Assembly (NCBI RefSeq): GCF_009914755.1
Contig: NC_060929.1
Origin: the human T2T-CHM13v2.0 reference genome, Homo sapiens
Direction: 5' to 3' (one strand)
Length of the DNA: 64,000 bases
Part shown: one piece after another, positions 1-14,767 of the stretch
How the letters are laid out: every line of letters begins with the position of its first letter
Position numbering within the stretch: position 1 is the stretch's first letter
Program-made: the position numbers and the translations under genes
Notes under the pieces: model-generated
The model's input: only the letters and a program-made list of their open reading frames with translations
Told to the model about the DNA's origin: nothing
Database searches by the model: none

Positions 1-874
1 ACAATGAGGGTGGGGGGAACCTTGACACTCCAGCCGTTGACCCAAGGGAGCCCGTGCTATCCTGGGAGGCGCTGCGATCTAATCTAGAAACAGCTGAACA
101 AACTGTAGGCAGAAGTTTGTTTGTTGACACTATCTGTGGAAATGAGGGATAGTGTTGACAGCAATTTCATTCATTGATGGACAAAGAACTTCTGTGCCTC
201 TGAGTTGTAGTGTGTAAATGTCAAAACCTCCACATTGATGTGAGAGAGGAAAAAGCCCCAGGAGGGCTTTGGTCACATAATAGACTACGCAGAGCGGACT
301 CTCAGATGGCCGTGGAGCAAATTTGGTTGGTTTTTGGGTACTGAGGTGGGGAGATGGCCACGAGCTATCGTTGGGTGAAAAAGGCAAGTGACAGAACTAG
401 AGGGGCAGTGTAATCCCTTCCAGTGAGAAAGAAGAGAGAAAGCAGAAAGGAAGGGAGGAAGGGAGGCAGGCAGGCTACAAGGAATGAATCTGGGGGCCTG
501 CCAGTTGAGCCATCTGCCCTGTGGTCAGGGCAGCTGCTGGCCCGGGCTCAGGGTGCCCCTCTGAATGAAGGAAGAGGAAGACTCAGACAGCACCCCACGG
601 CCCAACCTCATTCCATCCCCACAACTCAGGGCACGCCTGTGACTGACTTCCTTCCTCCTGAAATTGGCCCCCCTGGGGATAGGAGCCCATCCTCAACCAT
701 CCAGGGCTCTGTGGGAAACAAGGTTTGAGTCCTTCTTCCTGGCTCTGGGGACAGAGTCAGATACCATGCGCCAAAGGTTCAAGATGGTTCCATTTTATTT
801 GAAGCAATGTGTTTCTGAAGAACCTACACAATTCTATATGTACATTTATCAAAACTAACCTTTCACTTAGGGGG

Positions 875-1163
875 GTGTGTGTGTGCGTGTATGTGTGTGT
901 GTATGTGTATTGTATGTGTGTGTATGTGTGTGTCTATGTGTATGTGTGTGTATGTGTGTATGTGTCTATGTGTATGTGTGTGTATGTGTATGTGTGTGTA
1001 TGTGTATGTGTGTATGTGTATGTGTGTATGTGTATGTGTGTATGTGTGTGTATGTGTGTATGTGTATGTGTGTATGTGTATGTGTGTGTGTGTATGTATG
1101 TGTGTGTGTATGTATATGTGTGTATGTGTATGTGTGTGTGTATGTGTGTGTGTGTGTGTGTGT
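875..1163. repeat. Compound (TG)n/(TATGTG)n microsatellite
   Basis: ~290 bp of almost uninterrupted purine-pyrimidine alternation; it generates the spurious Cys/Val and His/Thr ORFs in the track. Confidence 0.97.
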
Positions 1164-1459
1164 CATACCTTTCCACTTGAAGACCGTCTTTCATTTTCTC
1201 CACGACCTTGTGTCTTCTACCTCACAGATTCTCAGACATTGACTTGTTTGAGTTTCTCAGCTCTGGCACTGGCGCTGCTACTTAAAGCATGCCCATCTCT
1301 CACTGTGATAAGCGCCAAAAAGCAGTGTGCCCACGGAAAGCACTTGCAGAAGTGAGGTGCTGGGACACAGCTGCCAGGATTGAAGATACTGAGGAAGGAA
1401 CGGTGCCAACAATTTGCTGACTGCTTCCATGGCGACACCGTGTGGCCATGTTGTGCCAT

Positions 1460-1750
1460 GTGTCCACACGTCTGAGACCTGTCATCTTTAAGATCACTCC
1501 TAGTAATTTAAAAAAAAAATTTGAAGTGAGACACATTATCTTCAAAAATTGTGCACAAAGTGAGGCCTTATGAGCGGTTTTTAGCATGCAATTTTAAATT
1601 CACGTGTCTATACGCCTAAGACCTGTCATCTTTAAGATCACTCCTCCAAATAATTTTTTTAAAAAAATTTGAAGTGAGACATATTATCTTCAAAAATTGT
1701 GCACAAAGTGAGGCCTTATGAGCGGCTTTAGCATGCAATTTTAAATTCAC
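1460..1750. repeat. Two-copy direct tandem duplication, unit ~145 bp
   Basis: agacctgtcatctttaagatcactcc...tttgaagtgagaca...gcatgcaattttaaattcac occurs at ~1460-1603 and ~1604-1750 with few differences. Confidence 0.93.
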
Positions 1751-2122
1751 ATAATTTACACATATAGAAAATAAGAGCACACCAGGAGAAATTAGAGCGT
1801 AGTTACAGGAAAAGCCGTGCCGACCTCGGTGTGGCTAGAGGGCCAGTCTTCTTCTTTCCCACCTGTGGTGGGATGCTTGTACCAGAGAAGAGAACCTCTC
1901 TTCAGAGCAGGTGGCAGCTCCAGTCATGGTGGTTGTGCTGGACGGATGCTGACTGCGAGCCAGCCTCTCTGTGGAGTGCTGCGTGCATGTACTTATTTAC
2001 TTATTCATTCTGTAGTTATTTATCTTGCTCCTATATGGCAGGCACTCAGGATAGAGGGGTGAATGAGAAAGAGGTTCTTGCTCCTGTACAATCTATTGGC
2101 TTCCCTCCAAGGAATGTACTAT

Positions 2123-2427
2123 GTTTTTTGTTTGTTTTTAGAGACAGAGTTTTGCTCTGTCGCCCAGTCTGGAGTGTAGTGGCACAATCATGCCTCACTG
2201 CAGCCTCGACCTCCCCGGCTCAACTTCCTCCCACTTCAATCTCCCTGGAAGCTGGGACTACAGGTGTGCACCAGCATGCCTGACTAATTTGTTTATTTTA
2301 TGTTTTTGTATAGACAGGGTTCTTGCTATGATGTCCAGGTTGGTCTCAAACTCCCGGGCTCAAACAATCGTCCCGCTTAGGCCTCTCAAAGTGCTGGGAT
2401 TACAGGTGTGAGCCACCGCGCCCAGCC
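2123..2427 (-). mobile_element. Alu (AluJ-like)
   Basis: T-rich tail followed by an antisense Alu dimer ending gtgagccaccgcgcccagcc. Confidence 0.92.
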
Positions 2428-2429
2428 TG

Positions 2430-2580
2430 TAAGAGTCCACTTGTAAGAAATGTCCAGAAAAGACAAATTTATAGAGACAGACAGTACATTTGTTGTTACC
2501 AGGGCCTGTGGGTGAGAATGAGGACTGACTGTGCAAACGGGCATTGAGTTTTCTTTTTGGGCGAATGGAAATGTTATAAA
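2430..2580 (+). mobile_element. Old L1 (L1MB-like) 3' fragment
   Basis: aaatgtccagaaaagacaaatttatagagacaga...ttaccagggc...gggcattgagttttctttttggg...aatgtt resembles an L1M 3'UTR. Confidence 0.65.
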
Positions 2581-2984
2581 AGTCAGATTTTGGTCCTTCC
2601 ACACCCATCCCAATTTGGGCCTCCCGTCTGGATTACAGGAAACTCCTCCTCCTCCTCCTTCGACTTCTTGGATACTGGAGCCTGAGCTGAAGAATGTTTT
2701 CATTTCTTTGCCTCATGGCCGCCTGTTACCTCTCCCCAGCGGAGAGGCAGCTTGCTTGGCTCCTGCTGACCCCGGCAGGGAGCCAGGTGCCTTGGGTGTC
2801 AGCTCCCGTACTGGCCGTGGCGGCTCTGAACTCGGCACCTGCTGACTGGGGTAAGGCTCTGGTGATCCTGGGCCCGGGTATAGGTGCTCATGCCACCCCC
2901 ACCCCCCGGGTCAGCTCCTCTGTACTCTGGGCCCACGTGGAGGCTGGTTCTCCCTGGCCCTGAGAACACCGTGGTGCCTCCTCA

Positions 2985-3220
2985 CTTGGCTTTGGCTGAC
3001 ATTCTGGGGATTCAGAGCTAGACTCTGGCTGTCTTTGAGGGGACTCCAGGTGTAGATCTTGCTGATGCTCGGGGGACCCTGGGCTTGGCTCTGGCTGCCT
3101 TTGGGGGGGACCCCAAACCTTTGCACCCTGCTGCAGACTGGGTGATCCTGGGCTTGTCTCTGGCTACCTTTGGGGGGACCCCAGGCCAGCTTGCTGCAAC
3201 ACTTGGAGAAGACCCAGGCT
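2985..3220. repeat. Degenerate ~65-bp tandem repeat (3-4 copies)
   Basis: Core ctctggct(g/a)(t/c)ctttg(a/g)ggggac(t/c)cca recurs at ~3024, ~3089 and ~3157. Confidence 0.6.
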
Positions 3221-3410
3221 TCCTTGTTTCTTCTGGGTTGGACTCAAACTCCACAAGGGCCAATCTCGCCCATGAAACTGAGGTGAGACTCTCACGCCAT
3301 GAGATCCACGGCCAAGCCACAAAGTTTCGAAACCCCTGCACATGTACACCGCACCCCCTGCCCCACCCCAGAGAAAGACTTTTGATTCCTAGTTCCCAAA
3401 GGCTCTCAGG

Positions 3411-3981
<571 letters not shown>

Positions 3982-4249
3982 CTGGTGTTATCTATTTTTA
4001 AAACGTTTCCCTGTCTGAGAGGAAAGACATTATTCCATTGCTCCAGTTTGCCCATTAGCCCTGCACACCCCGAGCCTCCTCTGATTTGCCTGCTTGGCTG
4101 CTGAATGTCACCAGCCTTAAGGTTCTCCCGTCACTGAGGCCAGCATGCGCTGACCACCAGGAGGCCCTGCTCCCCTGCCAATGTCCTCTGGTCGCACCTG
4201 CTCCAGGACACTCAGCTGCGTTTCTGAGCCAAGGCTGCAAAGTTCCACG

Positions 4250-5150
4250 CCGGCTTTACGATCAGTAAAGGGCATCAATACCCTGAGGCGGGAACTCGGG
4301 TTTTTAAGGCGTTTTTGTCGCTTCCAGCTCGGTTTCCCCTGTGGTCAGTTGGAGCCAGGGTGGGGAATCTGCAGCTTGCAGAGGGGACCACTGCGCCTCC
4401 TGCCTGAGGCGGGCTGGGGGGTCGTTGTCCTCGCAGCGTTAAGGCGAGTCTGGGACAGGACCCCGGCACCCCCTCCGGATCTGTGGCATCCTCCAGGACT
4501 CCGGCGCAGGACGCGCTCCAGGAGCCGCTCCTTCAGGGCCTCCGGTGCGCGCAGTCCGGGCGCCGGACGAGCTCCTTTATCAGAAAGGGCAGCCGCAGAG
4601 CCCGCGTGTGCGCGATGTGGCTGCGGGTGGGGAGCGGGCGGCGGGCCCGGGACACCGCGGCCACTGTTCTAGCCCCGCCTGGGCCGCCTGACCGCGGCTC
4701 CGCTGCGCCGCAGCCCCGCGCCCCTCTGGCTCCTGTTCCCGGGCGCGGGGAGAAGGCGGCGGGGCGCGCCTGGGCCCGCGCGGGTGCGAACGCGAGGTCT
4801 TTCCTGGGTGCTCCCAGGTCGGAGGATTCCCAGGGCGGGGGCCATCAGGGTGGCGAGGAACCGGCAGGGACCAGCCTCCGCTAGGACCGCGCTCGTGGAG
4901 CGGGGAGGCTCCTGGATCACGTCATCTCCTGCTCCTCACAGATGCGGGAGGAAAAACGGAGGCTCCCAGGGCCCGGTTAACTCGCTCTCTTGACAAAGAA
5001 CCTCCTGGACCGGACTCCAGCCAGGCCCCTCTGAGCCCCGTTCTCCACCAGGCCCCACCCAGCCTTGGCCTATGGAGACCTGAGCAGACACTAACAGTTA
5101 CCAGCGCTGGAGGCCACACCCCTCAGATAACGCGGGCGCCCCTTAGTTGC
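4250..5150. promoter_or_regulatory. CpG island (promoter- or enhancer-like)
   Basis: Very GC-rich, CpG-dense non-repeat sequence (core ~4480-4950); GC boxes (ccccgcc ~4673, gggcggg ~4833); tcacgtca CRE/E-box-like site 4917-4924; five-tract G4 motif 4625-4651. Confidence 0.85.
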
Positions 5151-5620
5151 CTGCCTGAGAAAACTGGATGCTGCCCAAGGGATGTAGTTTGTTCTGGCTG
5201 GCACCTGGGACAAGGCCTCTGTCTCCCGTCCCTCTGGGAGGATGACAGTTTCCAGACCGGGAGCAGCACTGGGGCCAACAGCACTCAACCAACCCTTTGC
5301 AATTTGTCACCTTCCTGACTCTGCTGAGCGCCCCCCAACCCCTTCCTTATTCCCTCATTCTCCCTTTGAAACTCAAAGTCACCTCTACAAATCCAAGTTC
5401 AGTCCAGCTCAGGCTGGACTCTTCCCCAGTGCAACAGTTGGTACTGATGAAAATCTTCCCTTACCCCTGTAATTGGAGCCTGATTTTGTTTCTCTTTGAC
5501 AGGTGGCATAGTGAGTGGTAGAGTCAGGATCCAACCCACTTCTGCCTGAACAACGCCCCTCTCCCTCTTTCAGACCATCCTCCAGCTTCTACTTGATCCC
5601 CCCCTTCAACCTGTAAATCT

Positions 5621-6180
5621 CAGTCACCAACTAGAATCACTAGTCACCAGCTGGAATCACTAGTCACCAGCCGGAATCACTAGTCACCAACTGGAATAAC
5701 TAGTCACCAACTGGAATCACTAGCCACCAACTAGAATCACTAGTCACCGACTGGAATCAGTAGTCACCAACTGGAATCGCTAGCCACCAACTAGAATCAC
5801 TAGTCACCAGCTGGAATCACTAGTCACCAGCCGGAATCACTAGTCACCAACTGGAATCACTATTCACCAACTGGAATCACTAGCCACCGACTGGAATCAC
5901 TAGTCACCGACTGGAATCGCTAGCCACCAACTGGAATCGCTAGTCACCAGCTGGAATCACTAGTCACCAACTGGAATCACTAGCCACCAACTGGAATCGC
6001 TAGTCACCAACTGGAATCGCTAGCCACCAACTGGAATCGCTAGCCATCAACTAGAATCGCTAGTCACCAGCTGGAATCGCTAGTCACCAGCCGGAATCAC
6101 TAGTCACCAACTGGAATCACTAGTCACCCACTGGAATCACTAGCCACCAACTGGAATCGCTAGCCACCAACTAGAATCAC
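5621..6180. repeat. Minisatellite/VNTR, 28 x 20 bp, consensus TAGTCACCAACTGGAATCAC
   Basis: 28 contiguous units counted; substitution variants only, no indels, no spacers. Confidence 0.98.
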
Positions 6181-6329
6181 TGCACCAGTTACTTACAGCA
6201 ACAACAACTACTTACTGGAAAAAGATTTATTTTTTTGTTGTACTTTGTGCTTTTTCTGCCATGTTTTGCCCAGGCTTTGTTTGCCCATCCTCTGATCCTC
6301 TATTAGGATATTTAAAACAATTAATATGC

Positions 6330-8382
<2,053 letters not shown>

Positions 8383-8683
8383 AATAATTCTTAAATGTAC
8401 AGTTTAGTTGTCTTAAGTACATTTCACATTGTTGTGCAACTGACACCACCTATCTCTAGAACAAAACTGACCCTATACCCACTAAACAGTAACTCCCAAG
8501 CCATCCCTCCCTGCAGCGTCTTGCCCGACCATTCTTTCTGTCTCTGTGAATTTGACTACTCCAGGCACTTCATATAAGTAGAATCATATACAATGTTGGT
8601 ACTTGTGCGTCTGGCTTATTCCCCTTAGTGTAGTGACTTCAGCGTTCATCCATGTTATAGCATGTATCAGAATTTCATTCCTC

Positions 8684-8987
8684 TTTTTTTTTTTTTTTTT
8701 TTTTTGAGACAGAGTCTCACTCTGTTGCCCAGGCTGGAGTGCAGTGGCGTGATCTTGGCTCACCGAAACCTCCGTTTCCCAGGTACAAGTGATTTTCGTG
8801 CCTCAGCCATCCGAGTAACTCGGATTACATGCATGTGCCACCACTCCCAGCTAACTTTTGTATTTTTAGTAGATAGGGGGTTTCGCCATGTTGGCCAGGC
8901 TGGTCTCAAACTTCTGGCCTCAAGTGATCTGCCCACCTTGGCCTTCCAAAATGCTGGGATTACAGGTGTGAGCCACCGCACCTGGCC
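8684..8987 (-). mobile_element. Alu (AluS-like) inserted in an old antisense L1
   Basis: Full dimer; TSD agaatttcattcct at ~8669 and ~8988. Confidence 0.93.
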
Positions 8988-9191
8988 AGAATTTCATTCC
9001 TTTTTAAAGCTGGATAATCTTCTATTGTATGCATATACTACATTTTGTTTGTCCATTCATTTGCTGCTGGACATTTGGGTTGCTTCCACCTCTTGGTTAC
9101 TGTGACTAATGCTTATATGAACACTGATGTATGAATATCTATTCTAGTCACTACTTGCAATTCCTTTCAGTAAGTACTCAGAAGTGGAGTT

Positions 9192-9504
<313 letters not shown>

Positions 9505-9535
9505 TTACTGGATCATGTGATAGTTTTATGTTTAA

Positions 9536-9954
<419 letters not shown>

Positions 9955-10215
9955 TCCGAGCCTGGGTCTTTATAACAGCCACCCCAGGCTCTCCAAGGGC
10001 ACCTGTGGGCAGGGCCAGGGAGCTCTGACCACATGGTGACGTGCCCTCCTCCAGCTCCCAGAGAGCCTGCGGCCCTCAACAGGGTGGGGTGGCGAGGGTG
10101 GAGCCCAGGTCTAGGGAGGCCCGAGTAAGACAATGGATTGGACTCACTGAGTGCTGCCTGTTTCCTGGCGCTGGGCTCCATCCTCCCATGTACACCCTCT
10201 TTCTGTCTTCACCCT

Positions 10216-10780
10216 TGACAGAGCAGGAGCACCGTCATCTCGGACAAACACCACCACTTTAAGTTCCAGCTCTCTTTCTAGCCCCATGCATTTCAAGAAA
10301 ATCACTTCTTTTCTAACTACATGCAACAACCAGAAAGAGCAGGCAGTAAAACACACATAAGACAGATAAGACAGCTCGGGTACAGGGGGAGGTGGGGGGA
10401 AAGCCTCTCAGGTAACTGCCAAACTTCACCCTCATACAACAGGCCCCAGTAAACCAGTGGGCCTTAATAAGCACATTCCTTTCCCTGCAGGTGCACTAAG
10501 ATAGGGAAGCTAAAAGCAGATTTGGGGGCTATGCGTGCAGCTGCAGAAAGATGTATGGGAACAGACACACAACTCTCCCTCCCAGGTAAGCACAACAAAG
10601 AGACACAGGAGCAGTCCAAGCCTCTGATAAACTCTCCCACCCTGAATCCTTAAAAACTCAGTCTGTAAGGGAGTGCGGGTTCTGACCCAACTCGGACAGA
10701 AGTCCCTCCCAGGTTTGAAATAAACCTGTTGATTGTTGAGCCACCCTTCATGTTTCTCTCCTCTTTCTTTAATTCTTACA
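10216..10780 (+). mobile_element. ERV1 solo LTR, MER41D/E-like
   Basis: TGACAGAGCAGGAGCACCGTCATCTCGGAC...AATAAA (~10719)...CTTACA; TG/CA ends; flanks accct / acccc; family from recalled consensus. Confidence 0.75.
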
Positions 10781-11105
10781 ACCCCTCCTTCTGAGACGGA
10801 GAAGTTTACAGCTGGGGAAACTGAGGCTCACAGAGAGTTGACTAAGAGAAGGCAAGGAAGGGAGACAGAGCCCCCTGCAGACTCCTCACCCGAGGAACTG
10901 AGAGAAGCTAGGACCAGGGCCTGCCTTGCACCCCACTCCACCTCCACCTCCCTTTGTGGGACCTCAGGGGGTGGCCCCATTTCCCCTGTGCTGGGCAAGG
11001 AGCTCCTTTTTGCTGCCTGATGTTTTGGATCCTGAGCCCACACCCAGGCAGGGCTGTCTCCTCTCCCTGTAGTTGCCGAAGCCAGCAGGCCCCAGGCTTC
11101 ACCTC

Positions 11106-11720
11106 TGTCCTCTACTGGATGACCCTGTGGTCAGTTCTCTGGGTTTTTCAGAAAGGTGGCACTTTTTACCCTGCATTTGGTGGAGAATTTCTCTGGAGCT
11201 TCCTAACAGAAATGAGGTTTTAGGCAGTTTGGTATAAAAAACAGTTAAGACTTTGGTACAGAATTGTGACTCTGCTGGGGAAAGGGAGACTCCCTTTCCC
11301 AGTCTGCTAAGTAGCGGGTGTTTTTCCTTGACACTGACGCTACCGCTAGACCACAGTCTGCCTGGCAATGGTGTCTTCCCAGAAGCTGGAGTTACCACTA
11401 GACCAAGGAGTCCTCTGGTGGCCCTGTCCGGGCGTGACAGAAGGCTCGCACTCTTGTCTTCTGATCACTTCTCACTATGTCCCCTCAGCTCCTATCTCTG
11501 TATGGCCTGGTTTTTCCTAAGTTATGATTATAGAGCAAGGATTATTATAATATTGGAATAAAGAGCAATTGCTACAAACTAATGATTAATGATATTCATA
11601 TATAATCATGTCTATGATCTAGATCTAGTATAACTCTTGTTATTTTATATATTTTATTATACTGTAACAGCTTGTGCCCTCGGTCTCTTGCCTCGGCACC
11701 TGGGTGGCTTGCTGCCCACA
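11106..11720 (+). mobile_element. Class II ERV solo LTR, LTR3 (HERV-K HML-6)-like
   Basis: TG...CA ends with perfect 6-bp TSD CACCTC (11100-11105, 11721-11726); AATAAA ~11557; 3' end ctcggcacctgggtggcttgctgcccaca. Confidence 0.8.
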
Positions 11721-11894
11721 CACCTCAAGGGAGGCTTGGAGTACAGAGGACAGGGGGCTGGAGGTGCTCGGGGGTGCACCTGCACACACTCCTGCACACC
11801 GGCTCTTCTGCCCTTGTCCTGGCCGCACAGCAGGGGCTGGTGGTGGGACCAGCAGCTGGGGGGCAGGGAGGGGAAACAGGGTGGCAAATAGTTA

Positions 11895-12660
11895 CAGTTT
11901 ACTTTTATTATTGAGATGAAATTTACGTAACATAAAATTATCCATTTTTCAGTGGGAGATTTGTGGCATTCGGCACCATCACGGCATAGCACAGGCATCG
12001 CCTCTGTGTAGTTCCAAGACATTTCCACGGCCCCAAAAGGAAACCCCATACGTATTCAACAGTTGCTCCTTGCTCCCCACTCCCCCGGCCCCTGGGTTCT
12101 GTCTCTGTGGCCTCGCCTCTTCGGGACATTTCACCTGGACCTTTGTCTGGCTTCTGTCACTCAGCATGAGGTCTTCTGGGCTCCTCCACACTGTGGCATG
12201 CAACAGGCCCCGTTCCTGAGAGGGGTGAATAGTGTTCCATCACCCGTTCATCTGGGGACGGACATGTGGGTGCCTTCCACCCTTTGGCGATTACGAAAAG
12301 TGCTGTCAGGGACATTCCCGTTACAAATATCTGAGTCTCTGCTCTCAGTTCTCTTGGGTACGTAACTAGGCCCCAGGCGTGACATTGCTGGGTAATTCTT
12401 TTGTTTTTTGAGGAACTGCTGCGCTGTTTTCCACAGTGGTTGAGTCATGTTCCATTCCCAACAGCAGTGCACAGGGGTCTATCCCGTCCTCCCCGCCCCG
12501 TGTTATTCTCTGGTGTGTGTCTAACTCTGGCCATCCAGTGGTTGCACGGCATCATCTCCCTGTGGCTCTGGCTTGCCTTTCCCTGGCGACAGTGCTGCCG
12601 GGCACCTTTTCCTGGGCTTGCTGGCCAGTTGCCTCTCATTGGAATGGCATCTCTTTGAGC
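11895..12660 (-). mobile_element. Old L1 (L1MB-like) 3' end, unusually GC/CpG-rich
   Basis: Minus-strand translation HCCWEWNMTQPLWKTAQQFLKK matches the L1 ORF2 C-terminus (compare [22 protein letters not shown] at ~34 kb). Confidence 0.75.
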
Positions 12661-13519
12661 CCTCTGCCCGTTGTCTACATTTGGAAAACCCAACAGCCTG
12701 TCCCATTTTTAGTGTCCTGAGTTTAAGCATTTCTGCCCAAACCATCAAGCAGCTTCATCCAGAGGCATCTTCATCAGTGCCTGAGCCCCCCGTCCCTTTC
12801 GAGGAGGGCGTGGGATCATCTGATTTCTCCCGTGGGCATTGAGTCACCACCATCCTCGGGAACCCTGGGAACATTCCCAGAAGACCTCCTTCCCCCAAAC
12901 CTCAGCTGTGCCCGGACCCCCTCCCCACCCAGGCAGAGGGCTGCATGTCATTGTAGGGGTGTCAGGAGACTTGGGTCCCGGTCACAGTTCCACCATGAGT
13001 GTGAGATGCGAGTGCTGGGCCTCCGTTTCCCCGCACACAATGGGGAGAGGGATGTCCGTGTTCTCCAGTGGGTGGCTCAGGCCGGGTGTTGGAGGAAGAA
13101 CCTCGAGGAAGAGAGGGCGGTGCCTGTGTGGGCAGAGATGGTGGCGCCTCCGAGGCCAGGGCTGACTCCCATCTCTGCTCCTCCTCCTGCTGCTCCTCCA
13201 GGCCACCCTTCCTGGCTGGGGGCCCAGGAGGAGAGGTGTCTGCAGAGGCCCTGCACCCCACACTGGGTCCCCTGCTCCACATGTTGGGAAGAAGGAATTT
13301 CGGTCTGGAACTGAGACTGCACTGCCACGATGGTGACTGCTGTCCTCTTTGGACTCCAGGGAGGTAGCTGTCCTTGGCATTTATTGAGTGCCGGCAGCAG
13401 CTGAGTCTGTGCTGTGAACACACCTTTCCACACACGCCAGCCCCGTGTCCAGAGCTCCAAGACCACCTGAGGGATTCACTCAGTGGAGCTCATGTGCTTA
13501 TAGCGACTCTGTTTCCCAG

Positions 13520-14060
13520 GTGACCAGCATGACCTGGAGGAAGATATGCCAGGGCAGACGTCCTCTGAGGAAGCCACAGGGGTTCACATGGTAAAGACGT
13601 CTTCTTTCCTCTGAAATGGAAATTTTATTTCTCTTGGTGTCTCTCTGTTTCAACTGAATTAACATGTCTAAACCTTAACCGTGTACACTATAGGTGACTG
13701 ACAGAATTTCTTGGTGTGCAAATGTCAGAGTTCTTTATCAACTAAAAAATGGTTTCACATGGCATCCACATTTACAAACTGTATGTCAGCAGACATTTTC
13801 CTCAAGAGAAATGCCTTCTTGTTGAGAAGTATTTGGAATTGTCAAACAAAAACAATTGAAAACCTTGCACAGAAATCTTGTGCCTTTCCATGCATATCTT
13901 CTAGATACCGGGGCCATTGTCTCAACCACTATTTACCATCTGTTTTTTTAACATCAACAAGTGAAGAAAAGACCTGTGCATGCAGGACACAGCCTGGTCT
14001 GACCCTCATAGTGTTTTATTTTTCTCTAGATGCAGGGGGACCCAGACACACTGGCAAACA
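13520..14060 (+). pseudogene. FAM153-like orphan exon pair (13520-13590 and 14030-14060)
   Basis: ctctgtttcccAG|71 nt|GTaaag and tttttctctAG|31 nt|GTacgt; spliced peptide (G)[33 protein letters not shown] resembles the recalled FAM153 repeat DLEEHxPGQTVSEEATxVHxMxGDPDTLA. Confidence 0.8.
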
Positions 14061-14673
14061 GTACGTATTCTGGGATCATCTCTTTGTTTAGGTTCGAAAT
14101 CTTAGTGTGGCAAAGGTGGCGCTGTTTTGCCTGCCTTTGCTCAAGAGCCACTCTGGTTTGAGCTTCCTGCCAGAAATGAGATTTGGGAAGTTTGGTTTAA
14201 GAAAATACTGAGAGTCCAGTAAACAACCCTAACCATGCTACTGTCATCCCTGGAAGCAGCAGTGTCATGTAAGGTGCGGTGGTACATCAGGGTTGGGAGG
14301 GACAGAGGAGAGAGTCCTTATGGAATGATTGTGGATGTCTTTGGGAGTGTGTGTGCATTTCCCCAGAAAACATACTCCCATGTTGAAAGCACAACACAAG
14401 GATCAATGTTCAAGGAAAATTCCATCAGCACTGCACAGTTTGCATAAATCAACCCATTCATCCTCCACCTCAGCTGTGCCCAAAGATAAGTTTACTATCC
14501 CCAGACCTCAGATGGACATGGTGCAGAGTCGAATTTACCAAGCTCTTGGTCTTTTAAATGGAAGAGGCACATGTGACCTCGGCAATGAGTGGAAGGTTAA
14601 TGCCATGGGCTACTGCACTGAATTTGTCACAAAGCCCTGGTATAATTTCTTGCTAAGCCAAGTTACTCCAGCA

Positions 14674-14767
14674 GTTGCAGTGAGCTGAGATCATTCCATT
14701 GCACTCCAGCCTGAGTGACAAAAGCGAGACTTCCTCTCAAAAAAGAAAAAAGAAAAGAAAAGAAAGA
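14674..14767 (+). mobile_element. Truncated Alu right-arm fragment
   Basis: gttgcagtgagctgagatc...ccagcctgagtgaca...A-rich tail. Confidence 0.85.

Noticed and set aside
809-1355. Cys/Val-rich and His/Thr-rich ORFs
   Set aside because: Translations of the (TG)n microsatellite.
4181-4993. Arg/Gly/Pro/Ala-rich ORFs in the CpG island
   Set aside because: Expected from stop-codon scarcity at high GC; no recognisable domain.
5621-6180. CRISPR-like array
   Set aside because: Units are directly contiguous with no unique spacers, there are no cas genes, and the context is primate; it is a minisatellite.
10285-10305. Interferon-responsive STAT1 GAS site in the MER41-like LTR
   Set aside because: The sequence is ttcaagaaa, not TTCnnnGAA; no intact GAS motif seen here.
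14329-14688. Paralogous protein pair suggested by similar ORFs at 14329-14688 and 16594-16782
   Set aside because: The similarity reflects the inverted DNA duplication of sequence that is intronic relative to the identified splice sites; frames are not conserved throughout.
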